DNA of 64,000 nucleotides, from the NCBI GenBank assembly GCA_002269645.1, contig NIVC01001052.1, positions 62,001-126,000 on the forward strand, given 5' to 3'. Source of the stretch: Macrostomum lignano. Lineage: Eukaryota. A model generated the notes under the pieces. That model was given only the letters and a program-made list of their open reading frames with translations, did not search any database and was not told where the DNA came from. Made by a program: the position numbers and the translations under genes. Positions 49,973 through 61,749 of the stretch are shown piece after piece. Positions within the stretch are counted from its first letter, which is position 1; every line of letters begins with the position of its first letter.

Positions 49973-50935
49973 TTTTGTCTATTTTTAGTAACAGAAAAAG
50001 ACCCTTCGCGCCTGCGGCGCGGCCTGGGGTTATAGAGTGTTTGTTAGTGTTGGAAGTGTTCGAAGTGTTGGAAGTGTTGGAAGTGTTGGAAGTGTTGTAA
50101 GTGTGAAATTGGGAAATTGACAGAAATGAAGCGAGGATGGGCGGAGCGAGTTGAGCGGAGTGAAGACGAGCGGTAATGAACACGAGCGAAGTGAAGACGA
50201 GCGATGTGAAGGGAAAATGAGTCATTTGACACTGATAAAGGGTTAAATTGATTGAATTATGAGAACGGTTTGCTGGCAATTTTGTATCGTATATACTACT
50301 AGGGTCCCCTCGAATATCTGGAGCTCGGAGTTCGGGACGGGTGAAATTCAAATGAGAAGGGGGGTTCCAGTCGAGAGTCTGGCTGGAAAGGAGGGGCGCA
50401 GACTCTTAAACGTGCTCTTTGAGCCACCGGGAGGAAAAAGGGCTTACCCCGGGTGGGACAGGAGAGACACCAGGTGGGGAGAGAGGAGGGTACACCGGGT
50501 GGTGACGAATAAACACCGGGTGGACCCTAGGGAAAAACACGGGATGTTTGTAAAACAAAACATTACGGGAGGTGGGAAGGGAAATTTACATTAGGCGAAA
50601 AGCGGATTCCTCACAGGGAATGACGTCAAAAAAATGCGCAATTCACTGGGTGAGCAAATCCACTCGGCGGAAACAAAGTTTCGTTCGGTGGGAGCAGTGG
50701 GAGGCCGCGCCTACCACAAAAGGCCTGTCTAATAGCCGTTTTCTGTTTTCCAGGAACTTTTTAAGTTTAAGATAGAAATAACAAAAAATAATCTACAAAT
50801 ACTTTGTCCGTCTTTACATACTAAAACCATACTTTAGTTTAAGCAATAAACCAAACCAGTATCATTATAACTTATGTTGCATAAACATAAGCATAAACAT
50901 TATAACTAGTATGCATAAAACATTAGCCTTATTGA

Positions 50936-51773
50936 GAAATGAAGGCCAACACCAACATATAAGAAATTATTATAATAGCCAACGCGTTTCGACACAAACG
51001 CAAACTCCCATTCCTTGGAGTCCCGTCCCTGAGTCTGGAAAAGAAGCTTAAAAGAACTTTCTTGAAGTATTTCAACTCTCGGGTCATGGTTGTGTTTCAG
51101 ACCGCCAAAATTGGCCAGTTTGTTAGCAAGTTGAAGTCGAAGGCCCCTAGAGCTCTGTCTGCTGGTGTCATCTATCAATTTTGTTGCTCTGGTGATCAGA
51201 GCATTTCCTACATCGGAAAAACCAAAAGGCACCTGTACACTAGGGCTAGGGAGCATAGAATGAATAACTCTGCTGTGCATGATCACTTGCTTAGTTGCAA
51301 TGCCGAGCATGAGCCGACTGAGCTTTTCACTGTTTTGGATAGATGTAGATTTGATGGCAAGCTCAGAGTGCTGGAAGCCTTGCACATTAAGCATCATAGA
51401 CCTAGTTTGAATACTCAGCTTGCAGGTGGAGGAGCCAGTTTACAGCTCAAGGTTTTCTAGGCTTTGGTGTGGGTTTGAGGCTCTCTCCCCGCCAATATTG
51501 TTTGCTCTGTGGTTGCGTTTTCTGTGTGATGGCCAAATAATTTATTATAGTTTCGTCTCTTAATGTACAATTATCGACCGGACTGAACCCATTTGTCTAT
51601 TGCCATGTACAGTTTTTGATTTTCTCTATTTAAGTATACTGAACTGTGAATCATGAGTGCAAGCCCTGAAGATGACCGCTTGTGTCGAAACGCGTTGGCT
51701 ATTATAATAATTTCTTATATGTTGGTGTTGGCCTTCATTTCTCTATTATTTATTAAACGAGCATCGCTACCAG
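50936..51773 (+). mobile_element. 5'-truncated Penelope-like element with inverted 5' segment
   Basis: GIY-YIG endonuclease C-terminus (ORF 51062..51460: GVIYQFCC..SYIGKTKRHL..R..EH..LEALHI..RPSLN); 63-bp inverted repeat 50935-50997 / 51680-51742; flanking direct repeat ATTAGCCTTATTGA (50922-50935 / 51774-51787). Confidence 0.88.
51662..51700 (+). ncRNA. Minimal type I hammerhead ribozyme in the PLE pseudo-LTR
   Basis: Stem I AGCC/GGCU, core CUGAAGA, stem II GAC/GUC with 7-nt loop, GAAA, palindromic ACGCGU stem III; predicted cleavage after GUU at 51696. Confidence 0.75.
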
Positions 51774-51949
51774 ATTAGCCTTATTGATTCTGGCAACAAG
51801 ACAAGACATTTCTGTATAATGGAATACCGCCCTAGCTCTTAGCAGTGTAGCAAACCTGGGGACCTTGTTCTCGTTCGATTAGCTCTAGTAACTTTAACTG
51901 GATACTAGTACTGTGCTTCCAATTTTGATGAACAACAATAGCAGCAACA

Positions 51950-52760
51950 ACAACAAGGGTGCGTCAGATGGTGCACGCCGCAGAGCCTGGGAGCTCCGCG
52001 CCAAACAAAGTCCCCCCGTTAGCAGTGTCGGGCGCCCCAGCGTCGCACAAGAGGCAGTCCACGTATCGACGAGTTTGGGCCTGACCCCACTAGAACAGGC
52101 CCACTTGTAGAACTCCTGATGAAGTGTCGAACAGGTCAAACAGGCCGACCGCCGTCACCACAGCAGCTCGAGAGTGTCGCAATACAGTGCCATGACAGCA
52201 TCAATTAGCTGCTGGGGTACCCGGTAGGCTCGAAGGACAAAGGGAAGCGCGGCTCTCAGCACCGAGTCAAATGCATTTCGAAAGTCAACGAAGAAAATGA
52301 TCGGCGTAGACTGCATGGCGGATGCGCGCCTCCTCGATGACACGGCAGAATGCGAGGATCTGAGGCACTGTACTGGGGCCAAAATCCGTTCTGCTCGTAC
52401 CGCAGGTCCAGCACCGACTGCAGACGATCGAGCAGCAGCCTGTTGAAGAGATTCGCGGTGCAGGACATCAGCGAGATCCCGCAGTGGTCTTCTTTCCGCT
52501 TTGTCCCTGCCTTCTTTGGGGTCGGCACGAGATGCGCGACGGTCAACTCGGTGGGCGCGGGGCGCCGGCGAGCACGGCGGCTCATGACGCCTGTGACCTG
52601 GGAGGCCACATAGCGGAGCCGCATCGTCGCGACCGGGACTTCGCCGGGGCCGAGCGCCTTGCCACCTGATGTTTTTCGAGCGAACAGCACAACGTCCACC
52701 GTGGTGACTGATGGGCGCAGAAGTCCTCCTCAGCTGGGAGCGGCGTGTCCAGTGGAAGCG
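51950..52760 (-). pseudogene. Degenerate non-LTR reverse transcriptase fragment (RTE/CR1-like)
   Basis: VPTPKK..CGISLMS..NLFNRLLLDRL..QNGF and FVDFRNAFDSV..LRAYRVP in shifted frames. Confidence 0.82.
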
Positions 52761-54158
52761 CAAAGCTGGCGGGCAGCGGCGACGCGGGCGCGTTTACGAT
52801 GCCGGCGAAGAAGTCGCGCAGTTTATTCTTGCGCTTCTCCGGGGTGTCGCCGGCCAGGTTCAGTGCCGGCGCCGGAACCAGATTCAGTAGTTCATGTACA
52901 TGTATGCATGCATGTACATGTACACTATAATAACATGTACGTTGTTACGTTTGACTGTCAGATAATTCGCAATGCGTCGCTTCTACGTGGATATTATTTT
53001 TTACGCCACTATTGCCGTATCGTTTATCAATTAAAACGACTTTTATAGATTTTTTGCTTGAAACTCATACTGTACAAACTATAGAATAGTAGCTACTTGA
53101 GCATGATATTTCATGAGATGACAAATTAGCTACGGCATAATGATGATGAATTAGAACCGTTTCAATTCACACATGACGTACATGTACCATGTCGACATGG
53201 AATACGCAGGATGCACAGACATGCAATTTCCGATGGTTGGAAAAATTAGCAATATACTAATCGAAAGCTGAAGTTGCTTGTATAATTGTAATTAAAGCAT
53301 GTTTTCAAGCATGTTGATAAGGATTAGTGCAGGAGAGAGATGGACTGGAATATATGTACAACACGCTTTCATTTCACATTATAAGCTAAAACAATACCAA
53401 AGGGATTACATAATCAGATGAGCGAGAGATCGGCTCTGTTATTGGCCGTAATGTCACATTAAAGTTGATTAACAAGAACAGTTTGTAATTAAATTGTATT
53501 TAACTAAGCATTGGATTATACTTCAGTAATTAGCTAAATAAAAAATATCCGGAATTTGATTTATAACAAATCAAACAAAACAGCCGGATCGATTAAAACA
53601 ACTTGAGCAAGTTATAGAAAAATCAAATACTTTTTTATCAGTTCTGAAATTCATTTGTAAAAAAGTCCTGCTGCAGTAATCCTTGAAGGAAGCGTGCCCA
53701 TGATTTACATCTAGTACGTATTCAGTCGTATGTAAATTATAAGCAGAATAAATATAACTTGAGGGAATTTACTACAATAAAAGTTAACTGGCAACAGTAT
53801 CCATCTACTGCTTTCCAGGGCAGCCTCCGTGACTGTTTTATCGATCCATCGATCGCAGCCCTTAAAATTTTTAAAGGATAAAGCACAGAAGCACCTCAAA
53901 AGTACAAGTTATGAGTCAATTTTTAAGCGACTGTTCAGCTACCCAACAAATTATCGCTTTTGATCCCCTTCAGGACCCACATATATTGTCTATTGGATAA
54001 ACTGACGCGCATATACAAGGCTGGAAAACTGAATTTAATTTTTGTGAGCTATCCCATCCCTGATATCTAAGAGAGTCGATCAATTTCAATCATGGTTCAA
54101 TTCCCAATGCTAACACATGCGCTAGAAAACACACAGCCCGCGATAAACAGCAGGCTAG

Positions 54159-57100
54159 TTAATGTTGATCAAGACGAGCATCAATCTTGGGCATCAGCAT
54201 AAGATTGAGATTGGTTTCGCCAAAGAATGTTCTCACGGAGCTCGCATCCGTCATAGCAAAAATGCGCAGGGCGTCCCCGGCGCGCAACTCGATCCAGTCC
54301 ACAATCCGACAGCTGTTTGTCCGCTGAGCGTCGCAGCTCAGCACAGTGTCTCGGCTGTTCAAGCGAATTTCGAATGACACATTACCGGACAATCGAGCCT
54401 TGAGCAGGTAGACACCTGTAACTCGGACGATCAAGGAATCGTTCACGACTCGGAAAGTGTCAGACAAGTTGCTACAGTTTTGCGCTGGTATTTGCTCTGA
54501 CAAACGGACGAGCGCCAGTGGATTGAAGCAAGTTAGCGGGCCAATTGCGCTTAAAGCTGCGGGGATCGAGTAAATAACGCTTGGCCCATTAATACTCCAG
54601 AAGTACAAATAAACTAGCACCAGCACCAGGGGTGCCAGCACACCAAAGTGACATATATTCAGGCGCATAGAGACAAAAAACACTTGTTAAAATGGTAAAA
54701 TTCTCTTACCATCTGGTCTGATTTCATCGTCACCCACTACTCCGACGCTTATCTACAATATTTAAGGTTGCAATCAATGGAGACATTTTGCATGCGTAAC
54801 ATGTCATGTTAATACATTATTTAACTACATATAGCGTAGAGGTATATGTGCTCAACAAAAGGTATTTTTAGCTACAACTGAAAATCGATGAAGCGTTAAA
54901 TAAATAGAACATATAACTTAGACCTACATGTATGATTGACATGTATGGGCTACGGTATTCGATACCCATATAGAAAGTTCCTGGGTTGGATTCCTACATA
55001 ATGCTCTACTCCAGGGCTCGGAAAACTGAGGCCCGCGGGCCACCGGCCTTCGGATCCTTTGAAACTTCGCAATAGCAATCCGGCCCACTCAAGGTTTGTG
55101 TCTCTTCTCATGCAGTTCTTTCTCTTTTTCTCGCTCTTCTCTCTCCCCTCTCCTCTCTCCCCGTCTCTCCCCTTCATCTCTTCTCATCTCTCTCCTCTCT
55201 CCCCTCTCCTCTTTCCCCGCCTCTTCTCTCTCTCTCCTCTTCTCTCCCCTCCCTGCCTTCCCTACTCTCCCATTTTCTCTCATCTCACCTCTGATCTTTT
55301 ATCCTTTCTAGTTTCCTTTCTAGTTTCCTTTCCATAGACTGCAGCCATAAGCTGTATTTTCTACTGGTTTTTGAGGTAATATGTTTGCTGACCCCTGCTC
55401 AACTCAAAAAGAGAGCCAGGGCTGGCCGATAGACAGCCTGTGTACTTAATCTGATACAATTAGCAGCGATATAATTAACCAAAGCCAATTAGCAACAACT
55501 TACCCTTGGCAGCAACCGTGTTCTGGGCGCCGCAGTTTCCACAGCCTTCTTGATTTCGCACGGTTTCTTCAAGCGACTGCCGCAGGCCCCGCAGGTGCAG
55601 GCAATGCTGGCAATCAGTATGCAAAACGCAATCACCGAACACATCTTTGGATTAGCTAACTAAAAGAATTTGTCCTATTAGACACTAATTGCTAACAGTT
55701 GGCTTGATTGTGAGTTGTTAAATTTGGCGGCTTCATCTCTCAATTCCATCAACTTTTATACAAATTTGAGCCTGTCAGCAAAGGCACCAACTTGTCTATT
55801 TTTATCCCGGCAAAAACCAAAATTAATCAAATTGCACCATAAGATACGCCAGATTCGAAAATTCAAGGAACATTTGTACGCTAAGGTTTTGTTTACATTT
55901 TCATGTAGACATGCGAAATAAGCGAAATTTGTGCGCCAGTGCCTCCTTGTCCGCCCACTGCATCAATGTAAAAATGCGATAGAAAACCTCATTACGGAGT
56001 AACTTCGTTCCTATTTTTAACTTCACGAAGTTTTCAAACATGAAAACTACATGTATTCAATTATAGTGGTAATTTTTAGTATCTGGACTAGCAATTTGCG
56101 CAACCCCCCGTTCGGGGAGGCAACACAGAAACGAAAAAAAATAGACGAGTAATTTGCATAAAATTCACATCGGTTTTGACCTTGTACAGTCATTAGTATT
56201 AATTCTTACGGAAATTAATGATGTTTAAAACTAAAAAACATATTCACACTGAAAGTCATTAAATATAGCCTCAGCCATCAGCATCCACTATATTAGCTTT
56301 AACTCAAAGCATCTGAGCAGCCCCATGAGCCACAGAATTTCAGCATCTCCCTCATGAGTTTCGACATATCAGCAATTCCGCCATAAGCCTTGACATCTCA
56401 GCAATTCCCCATGAGCCTTGACATCTCAGCAATTATCATTGACGTCTTAGAGATTCCCGGTCATGAGTTTTGAAATCAAGCTTCTTTGATGAGCTGAGTA
56501 TACATCTTGTAAGGGATGCAATTTCAGCTAGAGAACTCAATGGTTGAGAAGAAAAATGTTTGCCAATGCCTCAAAGATTGCACATTTTATCCAATTCCTA
56601 CTAGGATCTGGAAATCTATGAAAAAAAATTGAAAAAAAGCTATATTTCTTGACGAATGTGTTCCGCGGTCCTGACTTAGTCCGAGACAAAGCAGGGCGTT
56701 ACTTTATAAAATTTCAGTTTAGTAAAAGTCTGATTGCTTGTAGAGCATGGTAGAAATTTTTTACCTCGACTGGGTAAAGAATGCAGGTCATGGCTGAGGC
56801 CCGGATAGGAGAGGAAAGGAGAGGAAAGATAGAAGAGAGAAAAGTTAAGATAAGAGAGAAGGGGAGAGAAGATAAAAGAGAAAAAAGGAGAGAGAAGAAA
56901 GAAGGGGTAGAAGAGAGAAGAAGGGAGAGAGGAGAGGGAAGAGAAGAGGGGTGAGAAGAGAGGGGAGAGAAGAGAGGAGAGAAGAGAGAAAGGAGAGAGG
57001 GGGAGAGAAAAGAAGGGAGAGAAGAGGGGAGAGAGGAGAGGAGAGAGAAGAGGGGAGAGAGGAGAGGGGACAGAAAAAGGGTGAGAGGAGAAGGGGGAGA

Positions 57101-57645
57101 AGGGAGAGAAGAGAGGGGAGAGAAGAGGGGAGAGAGGCGAGGAAAGAGGAGAGGGGAGAGAAGAGGGAAGAGTAGAGAAGGAAGAGAGGAGCGAATATAG
57201 AAGGGAACTGTGTTTTTTCGACATTTAAATTGACAAGCTCGTAAATCAAATCTATGCCAATTTCAATGCATGAGCCTTTTCGTGGAAATTCAGAGGCTGT
57301 CGATAAATTGTCGACTTAAATCTGAATAAATTCCAGTGTCCCAAATGCAATTTTGCAGCAAAATTAGACTTCAGGCCGCCGTAATCTCCGATCGTCAAGT
57401 TCTCAAACCCGCAATTCGGTTTTCTCTCTCAGTCACTGAGCCTGACCACCTGCCAACGAGTGTTTCTCTCCAGGCAGTCGATGGACAGACTTGTGCCTGC
57501 GTAGAGTGTCCGTTGCCACGGCGAATGCGCTCAACAGATCGCCACGTCTTGTAGGCGCAGCAGTTGACTGCCGAGGCTGCAGCTCTTTCGATCTGTTGCT
57601 GGTACGTGCAACCGACAGCTCAGCCGCAGCTATTGCGCGGCGCAT
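54159..57645 (-). CDS. TNF-superfamily-like type II membrane ligand (spliced model)
   Basis: Phase-consistent exons 57645-57450, 55655-55504 (TM: MCSVIAFCILIASIACTCG), 54752-54710, 54556-54159. C-terminal domain with DSLIVRVTGVYLL, ELRAGDALRI and TFFG motifs typical of the TNF homology domain. The 5' end may extend to an exon near 58602-58396. Confidence 0.65.
55012..55397 (+). mobile_element. hAT (Charlie-like) MITE carrying a CT-rich internal tract
   Basis: Termini CAGGGCTCGGAAAAC / GTTTGCTGACCCCTG; GGCCCGCGGGCC subterminal motif; 8-bp TSD CTCTACTC/CTCAACTC. Confidence 0.8.
56808..57205. repeat. GA-rich low-complexity tract
   Basis: Purine-only composition; preceded by TTTTACCTC...TCATGGCTG as in the 2471 MITE. 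Confidence 0.9.
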
Positions 57646-57680
57646 CTGAAGGCTGCGTGCGGCTGTTCAGTCCAAGGACT

Positions 57681-57868
57681 GGGGGTCGCCACACACACCC
57701 TCAATTACCCCAGCTAATGCTGGCACCCATTTTACAGCTGGGTGAACTGAACTGGGCAATGCAGAGTTGAGTGTCTTCCTCAAGGACACAAATTGGTCCA
57801 TTGGGATCAGGAATCGAACCTTCGACCTTCAAGTCGTGAGTCCGACGCTCTAACCACTAGGCTACAGC
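57681..57868 (-). mobile_element. tRNA-derived CORE/Meta-like SINE (same family as 31690-31869)
   Basis: Minus strand GCTGTAGCCTAGTGGTTAGAGCGTCGGACTCACGACTTGAAGGTCGAAGGTTCGATTCC...GTGTCCTTGAGGAAGACACTCAAC...CCAGCTGTAAAATGGG. Confidence 0.87.
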
Positions 57869-58989
57869 AGTTGTAACAGCATTGATAATTTGTTAGAACG
57901 TTGGAACTGACAAAAAAGGCTGTTGCATACCGACTCTCAAACCCATAAAGACTGTAACGTTCATGTTCAATCGCAAAGGCTAAAGGCCAAAGCCGAGACC
58001 AAGTATTTATTCATAACTAGAATCTTGAGACCCAGAGCCTTGACATAGAACTTTGAGCCAGTAAACTTAAGACACTGAACTACACTGTAAACGTATTGTT
58101 GTCCCCGGAGAACAGTTCTCGTGGTCATAGTCCTCAAATGAAGCATTTTGATGAATTTTAGCAAAGATAATAGAGAAGAGTGAACTGCGATGACTCAACA
58201 GTACTTTTTGGTTAATCCCAGATCGATGTATAGTTCATAAATATATATTTAAACAAAAGTTTTAAAATCAGTCTATTTTTAGGCTTTCTATATATGTCAG
58301 GCAGAACCAAGCAGAAAGCCAGAAGAAACTGCTGAAGAATTGGTTCCATAATTGTAACTACAGACAGCTAAATATAGACTGAAGTTCAGCTTAACCTTGT
58401 CTGATAGGTCAGTTGGCGATGAAGAACTAGTAGTATTTTTAGCGACGGATTGGCTAGCCAAGAGACAGAATGCTACCTGGAGTGCATCGACTGCGAGAAC
58501 CGGCGCACTAATCAAGGAAATTTCGATCTCTTGCAATTCTGCTGAATTGTTGCAGTCACTGCATTTTCCTCTATCAGGCACCAAATACATGTACTGCGAC
58601 ATTGTCAGTTGTTGAATATTTGCTTGCGGAACTTATAGCATATAGGGTTGGGAAAATATTGGTTAACAGTCTCGGATGTAGATAGCTATTTAATCCCCAC
58701 TTTGGCCCGGCCAGCTGCCTATCTCCTCTGTGTATTTTCATTTCTTGGACTCCAAGAAATAATTGTCTATGGCTAAAAACACTCTTTCAAATGAGTTGAG
58801 ACTCCCATCAGGCGTTTCTTGGAGGCCAAGAAATAATTGTCTATGGTAGAAACACAAAGATGCTGTTATAATTTTGAAACAAGACCGGTTTCACAAAACT
58901 GAATAGCAACAAATGGGGATCGAAAGTGAAAAATCTAACAACGAACAGTTATAAGCAGTCTTGTATCAGAGAGCGTCAGAGGGAGTCAG

Positions 58990-60391
58990 CGAAGGAGGGA
59001 GGATGAAACTAATCAAAGTGGAACACCACTCTGTTCCTGTCTCCAAAAGCCTCTATGCGCATTTTCTTCGTAGGAGCCTGCACCTCCAGAGGAGGCAAGG
59101 GCACTTGCACCTGCGCCGCAGTCACCCGAGACTCACTCACCGGTTGGCCGGTTGAGGAACCACTCAACAGTGCACTCGTGCGTTTCTCCATGGTCACCGA
59201 GGTACCGATGTACTTCTCCACTGCACTGGAGCTGTGGCCAGTCACACGGCAGATATCCGCCCGTTCCAACCAGCCTCGCGGAGGCGGGTTGTGCAACTCT
59301 TACGGAGACTCTGATTCGAGTAGCGTCCAGTGTCAGAGGGAGCAACCACGGCCACGGCGTCCTTGACGACGGTTGCCAATGAATGACGTCCAATCGGTGC
59401 CCTTGTCAACCAGGCAGATCCAGGCTGGCCATTCCAGTTTCGATTCCATCCCAGAAACAGCGCCTCGTTGCACTCATTAGGACGCACAGAGACGTACTGC
59501 TTGTAGACCCACAATGCATTTTTGGTGATTCTCAGTGTGGAAAGTACGAACGACTTTGGGGTCCCTTCGTAGTCCTTGTAAGCCGCCCTGATGAGTTTTG
59601 GTCACGGCATTGTCCACTACTTCAGACACTCTTCATCGTCAACTGTCTCAAGCTTGATTTGGCGATCGAACAGCAGATCTCGTAACTCCTGGCCACCACG
59701 CAATGCAAAATGTTTGCCAACGAGCCAAACAAGCGTGATCACCAGCATCTTGGGTTCCTTCACTCCAAGCACACCTTCGATCCAAAGCTTCTCTTCAATA
59801 GACTCGGGGATCACATCTGCCTTCCGCAATCCTGCACCCTTTCCAGCCTTGGTCGAGATTTTCATGGCGGCATCTAGAGCACGTTTACTGTCGGCGAACT
59901 CTTTGTCAAGCCAGAAGCTCCAATTCTTCTTAAACGTGTTTTGCCAGTGATACTGTAGCATTGAAAACAGATCCTTCAGCGTCGGCGCAGAGTAGCGCTC
60001 ACCATCTTTGTTCCGGGCCTCCATAACAAAAAAATTCAGCAGGTAATTCAGGTCACATTTGCTAGCATCCTCCAGCTCAGCGAGAACCATAAGTGACGGG
60101 CCTTCACCCATTTGCCCAGGCACGCTTCTTCTCGTCATCCCACTCGCGGAAGACGGAAAAGGCCCACTGCGCCTTTTTCTTGGTGGTCTTCGGCACGGTC
60201 TCTTCAATGTGTCTGGCAATTTCATTCTCCGAAAGTTGCTCAAACCGGCCAGTGAGAGCGGCTTCAATAGGTCCAGCGTTATCCCCGGGCTTCAGGATGA
60301 AATCCAGTAGGTCCGGCGAAATCTCCATATGCGGGGCTTCAACAACGACAGCAGCAGAGATGTCACCCATGTTCGGTACCAAGCTACACAC
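58990..60391 (-). mobile_element. Crypton-type tyrosine recombinase (DUF3504-like) coding region, frameshifted
   Basis: RFEQLSENEI..VPKTTKKKAQWAFSVFREW; FVMEARNKDGERY; LDAAMK; EEKLWIEGVLG; FALRGGQELR; KTHQGGL; YSNQSLR; VTGHSS..VEKY across four frames; intronless. Confidence 0.85.
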
Positions 60392-61483
60392 AACTGAAGC
60401 TTTTCTGATCTTATTCTGGCCTAGGAACGGCTAAGGACGAAGCCGAGGCCTAGAAGCTTCGCCTCGGCCTAGAAGCGCAGTCCAAAGTCGTTCTAGACCA
60501 TAGACAACGAAATCAAGTGAGGATTATCTTATAATTAATTTTGTCTGTGGCGTAGAAAGGAAGCAACCGCGGATTCTCTGCGAGAAATCCATGCAGCTAT
60601 AAATAACACACATGACGTAACTTTTTGAAGCTGCAGGCATGCAGCTGGTAAATCGCTAAAATGATCAAACTTTCTACATGACTTTACACAGGCATTAAAT
60701 GTTGGGCCAACAATAAATTCTTTAACATTAAAGAAGCCGCCTTTACTAATCCGACGTCCGCCGACGTTACTATCGACGTGCCACGACGAATGGCGACGTT
60801 CGCTATGCAAACGCTGGTGTATGCAAAAGTACGTGTATCCATTTGTCAGCGATGTCGATAGGCCAACTGCATATCGTCGACGTACTGGCATGGTATTTGT
60901 TTTGTAAATTTTGAGAATTCGTCTCAAGGTCACGTCTCCGCCCTCGTCTCACAATATAGGACAACAAAGAAATATAAATTTTTTTCTAAAAAACGATTTT
61001 TTCTTAGAAAAGGTTACGTAATCCCGCCATACTAGTATTCGATCTTTTTACCTCAGTCCCTATATTTTGTGTATATGTATTTGTGACGTGTTGGTTCGAC
61101 GCGCGCTAGATTTACTGTTCGCCGTACGAGGTTTGTTGTGCTATATGTACGCTCGCATGTATTTTGCGTAATTGGCTGCTTTCCGTTTGGCGTTTCTCTT
61201 AATTTGTATTTTATTGTGAGTGTGTGTACCGTGTTTGCAGTCCCTCGATACGGTGCCGATCGATTAAATGTAGAACATATGTACAGTACGTCTCTCCTAG
61301 TGCACCCAAAGCTGGTCCCATAGTCTGGCCTCTCCCAGGCCCCGATCGTCGATTCCTGTCTTGGTCCCTCGATCCCGCTGTACTTAGCCATGTTTACAAT
61401 GTAAATATTGAAAGAGCCATGCACGAAAAATTCAAAGTTAAAGTACTGCGTATCCAAGACCATCTTTGATCCGAGCCTGCGAT

Positions 61484-61661
61484 CAGGGACTACTCAAACA
61501 CCGGGACGGGAAACAAAAATTTTTTACGAGGCTGGCTGGCAATTATTTTCATTAGAGAGATGCTGTGTTACTTTGTTGTCTATGGTTATTTTCTACTGCT
61601 GATAAAAGACCAGCCTCGTAAAAATTTCTAGTTTCCCGTCCCGGTGTTTGAGTAGTCCCTG
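61484..61661. mobile_element. 178-bp hAT-type MITE
   Basis: About 52-bp TIRs starting CAGGGACTACTCAAACACCGGGACGGG; 8-bp TSD CCTGCGAT/CCAGCGAT. Confidence 0.88.
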
Positions 61662-61749
61662 CCAGCGATATTATTAAATACTCAAGGCTCCCCGGCCGCG
61701 CGTTCCCTGGATTCCTGCTATATAATTTCTGCAAGCCAATTTTACGCCA

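Larger units (their letters stand above)
44146..50300. mobile_element. Compact Polinton/Maverick (adintovirus-like) element, 6155 bp
   Basis: 5'-AGTAGT...ACTACT-3' termini; TIRs 44146-44469 and 49981-50300; perfect 6-bp TSD AGGGTC (44140-44145 / 50301-50306); AT-rich intronless ORFs including pPolB. Confidence 0.93.

Noticed and set aside
44146-50300. Contaminant viral or bacterial contig chimerically joined
   Set aside because: The exact 6-bp target duplication on both sides indicates genuine integration.
49938-50351. ORFs 49938..50351 and the first 126 codons of 44090..44971 (SNTSNT repeats) as a duplicated gene
   Set aside because: They are read-through translations of the two TIRs and their nonamer array.
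54557-54709. N-terminal TM segment of ORF 54159..54683, or a 27-nt intron joining it upstream
   Set aside because: A stronger phase-compatible acceptor at 54557 gives a normal intron of about 150 nt and places the TM in an upstream exon.
57795-57868. Functional tRNA genes at 57795-57868 and 31800-31869
   Set aside because: A and B boxes are present but the acceptor and anticodon stems pair poorly, and both continue into a shared SINE body.
60535-61463. ORFs 60535..60933 and 61053..61463 as genes
   Set aside because: No recognisable motifs, non-ATG or weak starts and no convincing splice structure; left unassigned.
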